The position numbers and the translations under genes were made by a program. Below are positions 17,499 through 29,462 of a DNA stretch of 64,000 nt, one piece after another. Location of the stretch: positions 64,001 to 128,000 of the forward strand of contig JBHLOY010000007.1 in assembly GCA_048939995.1 (NCBI GenBank), written 5' to 3'. Source of the DNA: Promethearchaeota archaeon (GTDB lineage Archaea; Asgardarchaeota; Lokiarchaeia; Sigyniarchaeales; SOKP01). Position 1 is the stretch's first letter, and every line of letters begins with the position of its first letter. Under the pieces are notes generated by a model, which was given only the letters and a program-made list of their open reading frames with translations, was not told the origin of the DNA and searched no databases.

Positions 17499-18065
17499 TT
17501 ACTTAATACTGGAGCCACAATTTTCACAGAAGCTAGCTCCTTCTCTAATTTTATGACCACAATATACACAAAAATTTTTGCCTTCAGTGGGCAAGGGTTC
17601 TTGAAGTTTCCTCGGTGGAGCTACGTAATTTTCAGCGGGAGTATATTGAACTTTTTCTCCCAGAATAATTTCTCCTGTTTGGGGATTAAATTTATAATTT
17701 ATTAACCCATTTGCTCTTAAATCTACCAGAACTCTTAATACATCATTAGGTTTGATACCCACTTCAAGAGCGAGATCTTCAAGTTTAACTGTGTCTTGGC
17801 CACGATCTAAAAGAGCATTTCTCACAGCTTTCTTAAATTTCATATTGGTATAGAGTTGTTGGAATCCCCCAAAAAATAATATGAAGAATGCGGGAATAAA
17901 TAACCAATATCCCCAACCAGAGAGTCCAATGAAATCTAATTGAAGCGTCAATAAAACTAAAGACACAATAGCAACAATTAAAAAAGCAGCACCACAAAAA
18001 AATGAACCATAAGTACTTTCATATTTTTCTTTTGTATAATACCTATCATGAGGCAATTTTTTCAC
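17499..18065 (-). CDS. Membrane protein with winged-helix-like and C-terminal zinc-ribbon domains
   Basis: Two TM segments, then LEDLALEVGIKPNDVLRVLVDLRANGLI, then FCVYCG...FCENCG. Confidence 0.75.
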   Translation of the reverse strand: MKKLPHDRYYTKEKYESTYGSFFCGAAFLIVAIVSLVLLTLQLDFIGLSGWGYWLFIPAFFILFFGGFQQLYTNMKFKKAVRNALLDRGQDTVKLEDLALEVGIKPNDVLRVLVDLRANGLINYKFNPQTGEIILGEKVQYTPAENYVAPPRKLQEPLPTEGKNFCVYCGHKIREGASFCENCGSSIK

Positions 18066-18332
18066 CTAAACTAAAATTTCTTATTTAATATTTTCAGTAT
18101 TATTAAAGATATTAAGTTAACAGAGGTAGGAAAATATTAAAAATATTATTAGTCCAATTTTTAAGGTTAATTTACTGAACTAAGAAGAAGATCATCTTTA
18201 TATCTATTAACATATTTCACAAAAACAAAACTTAAAAGTATTGAATTTTCTAAATTTATAAGCACATTTATTTTAGGATTGGAAAATTAAACTGCGAAGT
18301 AATAAAGTAGTCAGAGGATTACTATTAATTCG

Positions 18333-18941
18333 TTGAAAAGACTTACAATAAACAGACTTATGCCAAATAATTCTGAATTAATTGGGGAATATAAAGGTAC
18401 TGTTAGAAATAGGGTGGTCACAGCTCTCTTACAATCATATCTTGATAACCTTGATTATGATGGGATGAAATCCATCTTAAGAGAGGCAGGATTATTAGAA
18501 TTTAAAGACATGAGAGACATAGATCCAGATGCAACTATTGATTTTTTTTCATTTAAAAAAATAATTACGGCTCAGAATTGTTTATTATATGATTCTACAA
18601 AACTTTTATATGAAGTAGGACGCAAATTTTGCTTTTATTTGTTTCCTTATGGCAAAAATTTTGAAGCGATCATCAAAGACATTAACGAATATATCCAAAC
18701 TGATTGGAGTGTTGAGATAGTAGAAATGTCTGAAGATTCAATTACTATTCGCGTAGACAAATGCATATTCTGTTCTGAAATTGGAGTTAGTTGTGATCTA
18801 TTTAAGGGTTTTATCGTTCATTCAGTTGAAAAGACATTATCATCGAATCATGATGTTGTTTATTATGGAGAGAAAGAGAATGTAAATGATCCTTGCCATA
18901 ATTCATTCATTCTAAAGTTGAAAATAAAAAAAAAGCTTTAA
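18333..18941 (+). CDS. V4R-domain protein
   Basis: YEVGRKF, ITIRVDKCIFC and CDLFKGFI...PC. Start probably at ATG 18360. Confidence 0.7.
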   Translation: MKRLTINRLMPNNSELIGEYKGTVRNRVVTALLQSYLDNLDYDGMKSILREAGLLEFKDMRDIDPDATIDFFSFKKIITAQNCLLYDSTKLLYEVGRKFCFYLFPYGKNFEAIIKDINEYIQTDWSVEIVEMSEDSITIRVDKCIFCSEIGVSCDLFKGFIVHSVEKTLSSNHDVVYYGEKENVNDPCHNSFILKLKIKKKL

Positions 18942-19021
18942 AACAAAAAAGGAAAACAATTAAATATATCAAAAATCAAAATAATGTTACATCCTTAAAT
19001 ATCGCATATTTTTAACCGTTA

Positions 19022-19570
19022 ATGACCACCGAAGAACGAGAGTTTGTATTTAAAATTACAATATTAGGAGATGCAGCGGTCGGAAAGACATCTCTAATAA
19101 ATCAATTCGTTGAAGGATCTTTTCAAGAGGATTATAAACCAACTTTAGGAGCAAATATTGTCCGTAAAGATGTGGATCTAAGTGAAATAAATGCTCAAAT
19201 CCGATTAATCATGTGGGATCTTGCAGGCCAGGAAAAGTATAATGTTATTCGTTCAATGTACTTTCAAGGATGTGTTGGGGCCTTAGTTGTATATGATATT
19301 ACACGTTATCAGACATTTGAGAATGTAGAGTCAAAATGGCTTAAGGATTTCAAGAAATATGTAAAAAAGGAGGGCGCTTACGTACTAATAGGTAATAAGA
19401 TTGACTTAGATGTTCAAAGAGCCGTGTCTAAAGAAAATGGAAAAGAATTAGCAGAAAAAATACAAGCTAGTGATTTTATTGAAACAAGTGCTAAATATGG
19501 GGAGAATGTAGAGAAAGCATTTAAGAACTTGGTTTTTCAAATCTTAAGAAATTACGGAGAGAAAGTTTGA
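19022..19570 (+). CDS. Rab-like small GTPase
   Basis: G1 GDAAVGKTS, G2 PTLG, G3 WDLAGQE, G4 NKID, G5 ETSAK; no C-terminal Cys. Confidence 0.95.
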   Translation: MTTEEREFVFKITILGDAAVGKTSLINQFVEGSFQEDYKPTLGANIVRKDVDLSEINAQIRLIMWDLAGQEKYNVIRSMYFQGCVGALVVYDITRYQTFENVESKWLKDFKKYVKKEGAYVLIGNKIDLDVQRAVSKENGKELAEKIQASDFIETSAKYGENVEKAFKNLVFQILRNYGEKV

Positions 19571-19659
19571 ATAATTCTTATTTTTGACAAATTTATCTTA
19601 TATAATTTGATAACCTTCAAAATCAAATGCTTTAAATATAACTGAAGAGTTAGTAAATT

Positions 19660-20811
19660 ATGAAAGAATTATCTCATAATGTTGCTAAAACTCCTAAATC
19701 TCAAATACGAGAGTTAATGGATTTAGCCGCAGGGCACCCCAATATTATCAGCTTAGGGATAGGTCAACCAGATTTCAATACGCCAGATCCCGCAATTGAG
19801 GGCAATATTAAAGCACTAAAAAAGAAAATTACTTATTATGCACCTACGAAGGGTGTGCCGGAATTATTAAAGTTAATCCAAAATAAGGTTAAAACCTCTA
19901 ATAATATTAATTGTAATTGGGATGATAATATCATAGTTACAAACGGTGGATCGCAAGCTCTAAATCTTGCATTCGCATCTCTCTTTAATCCTGGTGATGA
20001 ACTTATTATTTCATCCCCAAATTTCATCTCTTATTTCTACTTAGGCGTTTTCTTTGGAGTTAATATTAAAGAAATTGAAAGGAATAATGATTTTAGTCCT
20101 AATTTAGAAAAGTTAAAAGCATCAATTACTACGAAAACCAAGGCGATTTTGATTAATTCTCCAAATAATCCAACAGGATATGTATTGAACCCTCAAGAAG
20201 TCAGTCAAATTGCTACTTTTATAAAGGAAAATGACTTATATTTAATTACTGATGAAGTATATGAGAATTACTTGTATGATGGATCTAAACACATTAGTTT
20301 TGCTTCTTTGGATGGAATGTTTGAACGAACAATAACAACCAATGCAATGTCAAAATTATTTTCAGCCACAGGCTTTAGATTAGGATATGCTGTAGCAAGT
20401 AAGAAGATCATCGATATGATGGAAAAAGTGCATCAATATACTGCTGCTGGAACGAACCATGCAGCTCAATATGGATTTATTGAAGCATTGAAAATGAATC
20501 AAAATTTTTTTAAAGATATTTTAAGAAGCTTTGATCAAAGAAGATTATTAGTATTTACTAGACTAAAAGAGCTAGGATTTGAAGTGACAAAGCCTAAAGG
20601 AGCTTTTTATCTTATGCCCTCAGTGAAAAACTTTAACATGACAGGTTCTGAATTTTCTAAAGTCATGATGGAAAAACAAGGAGTTGCTGTCATACCGGGA
20701 GACACTTTTGGGTCATTTTCTAATGACAAAATTAGAATATCATATGCAACAGAGATGATTAAATTAAAAGAAGCCATGAATAGAATAGAAAAACTTATAA
20801 ATACGTTATAA
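19660..20811 (+). CDS. Class I/II PLP-dependent aminotransferase
   Basis: GQPDF, NSPNNPTG, DEVY and SKLFSATGFRLG. Confidence 0.93.
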   Translation: MKELSHNVAKTPKSQIRELMDLAAGHPNIISLGIGQPDFNTPDPAIEGNIKALKKKITYYAPTKGVPELLKLIQNKVKTSNNINCNWDDNIIVTNGGSQALNLAFASLFNPGDELIISSPNFISYFYLGVFFGVNIKEIERNNDFSPNLEKLKASITTKTKAILINSPNNPTGYVLNPQEVSQIATFIKENDLYLITDEVYENYLYDGSKHISFASLDGMFERTITTNAMSKLFSATGFRLGYAVASKKIIDMMEKVHQYTAAGTNHAAQYGFIEALKMNQNFFKDILRSFDQRRLLVFTRLKELGFEVTKPKGAFYLMPSVKNFNMTGSEFSKVMMEKQGVAVIPGDTFGSFSNDKIRISYATEMIKLKEAMNRIEKLINTL

Positions 20812-20821
20812 GAAACCTATT

Positions 20822-21976
20822 TTAAGAATATGTCTGCAATATTGCTTTTGTGAGTAATTCAGTGGATTCAAATACCGAATTTAATTCAATATATTCATTT
20901 GTGGTATGTACAACTTTTGGATCCCCAGGTCCGAAAATAATAAAAGGGACTGGATTATCTTGAGTTAGTAATTGAGCACCATCTGTAGCATAAGGCAAAC
21001 CAACTAGCTCCTTACCGCAAATATTATTCAAATTTTTCACAAACGGATGGCTTTCTTTAGTTTGAAGGGCTGGTAATTTTTTCAATATTTCAAAGCTAAA
21101 AGTATAAGGATCAAAATTTAAATTTTTTAAACTTCTAATTAAAATCTCTGGATCTTGTTCAGGTATCAATCTAAAATCAAGTTCTAATTCAGTTTTCTCA
21201 GGTACAATATTGATTAGTGTTCCTCCACTTATTTTACCAATATTTAAGGAGGATAAGCCTAATATCCTATTTTTCGTTTTATTGAGAAAGTCGTATAGTT
21301 TTGGAATAATTTTTGAAGCTCCTAAAATAGAATTTATACCATTTTCAGGTAATGCACCATGAGCAGATTTTCCATACACATTTAACTTAATCCATAATAA
21401 ACCCTTTTCTGCAACACCAATATTCATATTAGTTGGTTCAGCAATAATTAATAACTCAGAATTATCCATTAATCCATACTTATGGAGCTCCACAGCTCCT
21501 GTCATCCCCAACTCCTCATCAGCTGTGCCAGCAAAAACGATATTATATTTCTCTAAAAACTTATGATTTTGCTTTAAATTTTTCATAACACCTATTAACA
21601 TTGCTAAACCTCCCTTCATATCAGCTGATCCCCGACCATATAATTTATTATTTTTTATGATTGCTGAAAATGGGGGATAGTGCCAATTAGATGGATCTCC
21701 AGCAGGAACTACATCAAAATGACCTGTTAATATGATTTTTTTATCTCCAGATCCAATTTTTGTCACTAAATTGTGAAGGGTGAGATTCTTTTTCTTATAA
21801 CTGACCAGTTCATTTTTAAATCCATCTTCTTCATGAAATATGTCTGTAACTAGATAATCCACAATTTCTTTAGTTAAGCCTGGAGGATTTTCTGTTGGAA
21901 TTTGAACCAACCTTCTAAGTATATGAGTAAGTTCCTTGTTTATACTTTTCATAATATGAATTTTTAGAATAATCAA
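20822..21976 (-). CDS. M20 family metallopeptidase (ArgE/DapE-like)
   Basis: GHFDVVP, GRGSADMKGG, DEE, EPT, GKSAHG and HTTNE. Confidence 0.92.
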   Translation of the reverse strand: MIILKIHIMKSINKELTHILRRLVQIPTENPPGLTKEIVDYLVTDIFHEEDGFKNELVSYKKKNLTLHNLVTKIGSGDKKIILTGHFDVVPAGDPSNWHYPPFSAIIKNNKLYGRGSADMKGGLAMLIGVMKNLKQNHKFLEKYNIVFAGTADEELGMTGAVELHKYGLMDNSELLIIAEPTNMNIGVAEKGLLWIKLNVYGKSAHGALPENGINSILGASKIIPKLYDFLNKTKNRILGLSSLNIGKISGGTLINIVPEKTELELDFRLIPEQDPEILIRSLKNLNFDPYTFSFEILKKLPALQTKESHPFVKNLNNICGKELVGLPYATDGAQLLTQDNPVPFIIFGPGDPKVVHTTNEYIELNSVFESTELLTKAILQTYS

Positions 21977-21982
21977 ATAAAG

Positions 21983-22330
21983 TTATAAATAATCTACTTC
22001 AAATTTAGTTTTTGGAAGTACTTTTGCTCCGTTCTTTGTCACCACGGTTGGGGACTCAAGACCTAATCCTCCAAGTCCTGGTCGATTGAAAACTATCGCC
22101 GCAATCTCAACCATATTTTCTTCAAATATCATAGAACCCCATTCTTTTCCGGGCACAACAACCGGCGAGGATTCATTTTCAATGATACCTATTGAATGAC
22201 CTAGACCAAAGAAAAGATCATTTCCATAACCTTCCTTTTCTGCAACTTTATGAACTTCTTGGTAACATTCGTCAAAACTAGTTCCTATAGTCATATTATC
22301 TATAAGTGTGTAGCATAGTTGTTCATACAC
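21983..22330 (-). pseudogene. C-terminal fragment of an M24 (Xaa-Pro) peptidase
   Basis: GLGHSIGI..E and GLGLESPTVVTKNGA are present. The frame is closed by a stop about 15 codons upstream, and there is no room for the N-terminal part before cdc48. Confidence 0.65.
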
Positions 22331-22430
22331 ATCATTAAATTTCTTTAGTTCAGTTTTCTTAATTGATCTTATTTAATTTAAAAATTTAAATAAATTAGTA
22401 TTAAGAAATAAGATATTTAAAAAACAGAAC

Positions 22431-24743
<2,313 letters not shown>

Positions 24744-24795
24744 TTAATGAAAACTTATTTTCTTTTTTATTATTATTTATTATATCCTAAAGTTG

Positions 24796-25593
24796 TTAGG
24801 AAAAGTCAAGATTTAATCTTCTATTTATGAAATTTAAAAATTCTTCTGAAATTTGAGTGTCATTGAATAATTGATCTATATTTTTTTTAATAAATTCTTT
24901 TCGAATCTTAGCGATTTTTTTCATTAAAGGACGATATTCATTGTTTTGATTGATTTCCCCTATTAGGTTCCTTGTAATCTTATCTAATTTCTCATGATAT
25001 TGTTGTTTAGCTGTTTTTTTTCTATCTAGTTGGTTATAAATGGTTTTGATTCCTAACTTATGCTCAATGGCAATGATGAGTGTATCTATAATTTTTTCCA
25101 AATCCTTAGATTTAGATGGATCTATTACTAAAAGGGGATTATCCCAGGAATACTTATTAAAATAATCAAATTTTTCATTAATATTATAAATAACTCCATC
25201 TGGAATTGGAAATCCTCTACTTTTATTCCATTCTAGGCATTTTTCTAAGGGCGTTGCAATATGGATAATAAAAAATTCTTTTTTATATTGTTCTGCAATT
25301 TGCTTTAAATCATGGCGCATACTTGTATAGTAGTTTAGATCATCACTAATTATAACTGACCCCTTCTTTAAGCCAGCTTTGATCTTACTTAAGCTTCTTT
25401 TTCTAACTAATTGTTCTTTATTATGATTAAACTTGTTAGGATTAATGGAGCTTCTTATCTTATCTGTATCCACTATTTCTACATTGATGTCATTTAGATT
25501 TTCTTGTAATTTATATTGCAAAAAAGTAGCAATAGTGCTTTTACCAGATGAAGGTAAACCTACTAATATTATTAAAAAATTTCTATTGATCAA
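24796..25593 (-). CDS. pstk: O-phosphoseryl-tRNA(Sec) kinase / Kti12 family P-loop kinase
   Basis: GLPSSGKS, DKIR, DDLNYYTSMR, WN..R and Y.WD.P. Confidence 0.8.
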   Translation of the reverse strand: MINRNFLIILVGLPSSGKSTIATFLQYKLQENLNDINVEIVDTDKIRSSINPNKFNHNKEQLVRKRSLSKIKAGLKKGSVIISDDLNYYTSMRHDLKQIAEQYKKEFFIIHIATPLEKCLEWNKSRGFPIPDGVIYNINEKFDYFNKYSWDNPLLVIDPSKSKDLEKIIDTLIIAIEHKLGIKTIYNQLDRKKTAKQQYHEKLDKITRNLIGEINQNNEYRPLMKKIAKIRKEFIKKNIDQLFNDTQISEEFLNFINRRLNLDFS

Positions 25594-25594
25594 T

Positions 25595-25870
25595 TTAATT
25601 TTCTAGGTGATTAAAGTTTTTTATAAGTTCGACTTTTTCCTTTCTCGGAAGAGATTTAATTTCTAGTTCCCTTCTCATAGCTTCCTTTCTTTCTGTAAAT
25701 GATTCAAAATATTTAAGTATAATTGCCTTTTTTCCACGACAAAATTTAGCTCCAGTGCCTTTATCATGTTCTTCTAGTCTTCTTTTTAAGTTATTGGTGT
25801 ATCCAGTATAAAATCTTTTCCGATTATTTTTAGAAATTGTTTCTAATATATAAACGTAAAAAATAGCCAT
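25595..25870 (-). CDS. Small GIY-YIG nuclease
   Basis: FYVYIL...FYTGYTNNLKRRLEEH..G.GAK and AMRRELEIK. Confidence 0.9.
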   Translation of the reverse strand: MAIFYVYILETISKNNRKRFYTGYTNNLKRRLEEHDKGTGAKFCRGKKAIILKYFESFTERKEAMRRELEIKSLPRKEKVELIKNFNHLEN

Positions 25871-26042
25871 TTCAAATTCACTATTTATAGAATAATTTTT
25901 TTGTTATTTATTTTTTAAGTCAAGATTTTTCAATAAAAATTGTATTATCCCATTATGAGAAATTACTATTTTCAAATTAAATTTATTAATATCTATTTTT
26001 ATAATTTTAAAGTAGGAGTTAAGTTTGGTTTGGTGAGGTTCT

Positions 26043-26681
26043 ATTCCTTTAGGGATTTTTTTAATTAAATGGGATGAGATTGCTGGAGGAGTTATTTACA
26101 TGAAATATCCAGATGAAATGGTGATCAATGATAATATCGTTCAGCAAATACAGATTTCTCATAACTTTGTAGAATCTCATATAACCATTGAAGAAAAAAA
26201 TTGGAATTCTATATCTTACTATAATGAACAAAAAGATCTAATCTTGGTACTTGTCTTAGATAAATATGATGAAAGTCAGGATTATATTGGAATTTTGGAT
26301 GACTTTAAAAAAACTTTAGAATTAGAGCTTACAGAAGAACAATTAAAAGAACATCTAGAAAGAATTTTTTTAGAAAAAGTATTAAATGTTTTTAGAACTA
26401 GAGATGAAGTTATTGGAAAACTTAGTAATGAGGTTGCCAATCTAAAAACTAAAGAATATGACTTAAAAAAGAAGTTTGAAAAAATTGCAGAATCAAATCA
26501 TTTACAAGTAAAAAGTAAGATTCAATTTTTACTGACAATTAATGATGAATTAAGTTTTAGAGAGCTTCTAACCTCGATAAAAACCAGTAAAAGATGGTTA
26601 AATAGCGTAATTGAGACTTTGATTAAAAACAAAGTTATTGGGTATAATCCTTATAATGAAACATATTATCTAATATTTTGA
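26043..26681 (+). CDS. Longin/uDENN-like domain plus coiled coil plus winged helix, probable ATT start
   Basis: The frame extends 19 codons upstream of the track start to (I/M)PLGIFLIKWDEIAGGVIYMKYP, preceded by GGTGAGGT. C-terminal LSFRELL...LNSVIETLIKNKVIGYN...YYL. Confidence 0.65.
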   Translation: MPLGIFLIKWDEIAGGVIYMKYPDEMVINDNIVQQIQISHNFVESHITIEEKNWNSISYYNEQKDLILVLVLDKYDESQDYIGILDDFKKTLELELTEEQLKEHLERIFLEKVLNVFRTRDEVIGKLSNEVANLKTKEYDLKKKFEKIAESNHLQVKSKIQFLLTINDELSFRELLTSIKTSKRWLNSVIETLIKNKVIGYNPYNETYYLIF

Positions 26682-26768
26682 AGTGTTCTTGTCAGAATAA
26701 TCAGATTCTTAAGAAGAAAACTATTTTCATCTTCAATGATTTCAATTTAAATTAAGTTAATTTTTACC

Positions 26769-27902
26769 ATGAATCTTACGGAAGAAGAACAAAAGGAAGT
26801 TATTAAGGTAATGGAATCCCAAATGTTAACCTTACTTCACGGTGAGGCTGTTAAAACTTTTGAAAAAGAATTCGCAAACTATATTGGTGTTAAACATGCA
26901 ATTGGGGTTAACACTGGTACAGCAGCGTTACATATTGCGATAGCTGCTCTAAATATTGGACCTGGAGATGAAGTAATTGTTCCTCCGTTTACATTTATAG
27001 CAACAGCGACTTCAGTCTTACATAATAATGCAATCCCTATATTTGCAGACATTGATAATAAAACTTATACCCTAGACGCAGAATCTGTGAAAGAAAAAGT
27101 AACTTCTAGAACTAAAGCTATAATCCCCGTTCATTTAGCTGGAATAAGTGCTGATATGCATTCCTTAAAGGAAATTTCAGAAGAAAATAATTTATTTATT
27201 ATTGAGGATGCTGCTCAATCTATTGGTACAAAATATGATGGTAAAAAAGTGGGTTCAATTGGAGATATAGGTTGCTTTAGCTTTTATCCATCTAAAAATA
27301 TTACTACTGGTGAAGGAGGAATGATAACGACAGATAATGATAATATTGCTGAACAATGTCGCCTATTAAGACATCATGGTGAGCCCTCATGGTATACTTA
27401 TGATCGTCTTGGGTATAATTATAGAATGACAGAAATTCAGGGTGCTATTGGAAAAGTTCAGTTAAGAAGAATAGATAAATTCATTGATATACGTAATAAA
27501 AATGCCCAATACTTATCAAAGGGTATTAGTGAAGTAAGAGGAATTAATCCCCCTTATGTTCCTAAATATTGTGAGCCTGCTTTCAATTATTGGATTGGGC
27601 GTATAGATCCAAAAATTATTGGTCTAAATAAAGAACAATTCGTAGAAAAATTTCCAAAGAGTAAAGTTCTCTATCCGAAACCCCTTTATGAAACTAAACT
27701 TTTTCAAAATAAAATTGCTTATCCAAAAGGATGCCCTTGGTCTTGCCCATTTTATGGAAAAGAGATTAATTACAACAACATTCATTTACCAAATGTGGAG
27801 AGAATAACCAAAGAAATATTTGCTTTAGATATTCATCCAAGGATTACTAAACGAGATTTAGATCAATACATTACAATTATGAAACATCTAGTTAAAAAAT
27901 AA
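26769..27902 (+). CDS. DegT/DnrJ/EryC1/StrS aminotransferase
   Basis: GTAALH, PVHLAG, EDAAQ, SFYPSKNITTGEGG and GYNYRM. Confidence 0.93.
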   Translation: MNLTEEEQKEVIKVMESQMLTLLHGEAVKTFEKEFANYIGVKHAIGVNTGTAALHIAIAALNIGPGDEVIVPPFTFIATATSVLHNNAIPIFADIDNKTYTLDAESVKEKVTSRTKAIIPVHLAGISADMHSLKEISEENNLFIIEDAAQSIGTKYDGKKVGSIGDIGCFSFYPSKNITTGEGGMITTDNDNIAEQCRLLRHHGEPSWYTYDRLGYNYRMTEIQGAIGKVQLRRIDKFIDIRNKNAQYLSKGISEVRGINPPYVPKYCEPAFNYWIGRIDPKIIGLNKEQFVEKFPKSKVLYPKPLYETKLFQNKIAYPKGCPWSCPFYGKEINYNNIHLPNVERITKEIFALDIHPRITKRDLDQYITIMKHLVKK

Positions 27903-27925
27903 ATATTTTTCAGGCTTTTTTTTTT

Positions 27926-28198
27926 ATGAAAAAAATAACTATAAAGGTGTATGGACTCGTCCAAGGAGTTTTCTTTCGCTACACTACCCGAAAAGTGGCA
28001 AGGAAATTGGGATTAACTGGTTTTGTTAAAAATATGCCTGATGGAAGTGTTTATATAGAAGCTGAGGGTCCGGAAACCAAATTATATGAATTATTAGCAT
28101 TTTCAAAAATAGGACCTAGATATGCTGAAGTAAAAAATGTAGAATTTGAATTTGGAGAGCCGGAAAATAAATTTAAAGGTTTTGATTATTCATTTTAG
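27926..28198 (+). CDS. acyP: Acylphosphatase
   Basis: VYGLVQGVFFR and GFVKN.PDGSV. Confidence 0.95.
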   Translation: MKKITIKVYGLVQGVFFRYTTRKVARKLGLTGFVKNMPDGSVYIEAEGPETKLYELLAFSKIGPRYAEVKNVEFEFGEPENKFKGFDYSF

Positions 28199-28321
28199 AA
28201 TACAATTTTGGGTCATATTACCTGGATATTATTATGGAACTTAAGCATTTTTTTAATTTTATTATTTATGTCGTTTGTATTTAAGAAAAACAAATTTTTT
28301 GATCTTTTTCACTTACTAAAC

Positions 28322-28615
28322 ATGAGAAATGTTAAATTCCAAGGGCCTCTAATACTAAAAATGTTTGGTCTTTTAAATGATTTAAACCTAATAAGTGAAA
28401 ATAGATATATTTTGTGTAATTTTTTAGACCAAAATAGTAAGTTATTTGGTTTAGAAAAAGATATATATCAATCGAATCATCAATATAGTTTGAATCAATT
28501 ATTTCTTTTTGCCTTTCACAAAGCTAAATCGACTAATACACTGAAAAATCTCTATAACGAATATATCACCTCTATTAACGCAATCTATAATAAAATAGAT
28601 ACAAAAAATATCTGA
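28322..28615 (+). CDS. Hypothetical protein (start uncertain)
   Basis: Track ORF 28208-28615; the in-frame ATG at 28322 was chosen as the more plausible start. Confidence 0.5.
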   Translation: MRNVKFQGPLILKMFGLLNDLNLISENRYILCNFLDQNSKLFGLEKDIYQSNHQYSLNQLFLFAFHKAKSTNTLKNLYNEYITSINAIYNKIDTKNI

Positions 28616-28745
28616 TTTTGATATATATTTAATTTTATTCTTCGTGAAGAAAACTATTAATAAGGATAAACGTTACTATGAAAGTATCTAAAATTATTGT
28701 TAGATCAAAATGAATCATGTGTAAATTTTAGGAGGTAAATCAGAA

Positions 28746-29276
28746 TTGAATACACAAGGTCATTATATCATTAAAATAGTTTTACTTGGTGAGGCGAACG
28801 TAGGAAAAACCTCTTTAGTTTATAGATTTATAGAGGATAAGTTCAGAGAAAACTATAAAAGTACTTTAGGTGTTAACTTATTAAAAAAAGATATGCAACT
28901 TGAAGAATTTGGTGAAGTATCTGCTCAAATCTGGGACTTAGGAGGCCAAGAAAGTTTTAGGAGCCTACGAAAGCTTTATTTAGAAGGAGCAAACGGAGCT
29001 TTAGTCGTATATGATTGTACAAAGAAAAAATCTTTCGAAAAACTTAGCGATTGGATACAGGATTTTAAACAAGCTAGAGGAAATGAACCCATTGTCTTAA
29101 TAGGAAATAAAAAGGATTTAGAAGATAAAATCAAGGTTCCAGAATCAGATGGTAATGAATTTGCTAATAAAAATAATATGGAATTTATCTCTACATCTGC
29201 TAAAACGGGATCAAATGTAGAAGAAGCGTTTATAGAAATAACAAAGAAGATTTTAAAAAAAAATTTAGGCATATAA
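28746..29276 (+). CDS. Rab-like small GTPase
   Basis: GEANVGKTS, STLG, WDLGGQE, NKKD and TSAK; AGGAGGT upstream of the TTG start. Confidence 0.95.
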   Translation: MNTQGHYIIKIVLLGEANVGKTSLVYRFIEDKFRENYKSTLGVNLLKKDMQLEEFGEVSAQIWDLGGQESFRSLRKLYLEGANGALVVYDCTKKKSFEKLSDWIQDFKQARGNEPIVLIGNKKDLEDKIKVPESDGNEFANKNNMEFISTSAKTGSNVEEAFIEITKKILKKNLGI

Positions 29277-29462
29277 GCAGTTTATGTAAAATTCTTCCGT
29301 TTTCTCCATCCTATTCATTATAATATTTTAGGTTAAATTACTCATTTATAAATGCCTTTATAAATGATAATTTATTTAAATAAAATTATATAAAAAGTAC
29401 CATTTCTACCTAACTTAGTTTGTTTACTTTTTTATAAATCACATTTATCTTTATGATGTATT

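Noticed and set aside
25595-25870. GIY-YIG gene as a homing endonuclease or mobile element
   Set aside because: It is a 91-aa stand-alone type with no DNA-binding extension, intron or flanking repeats.
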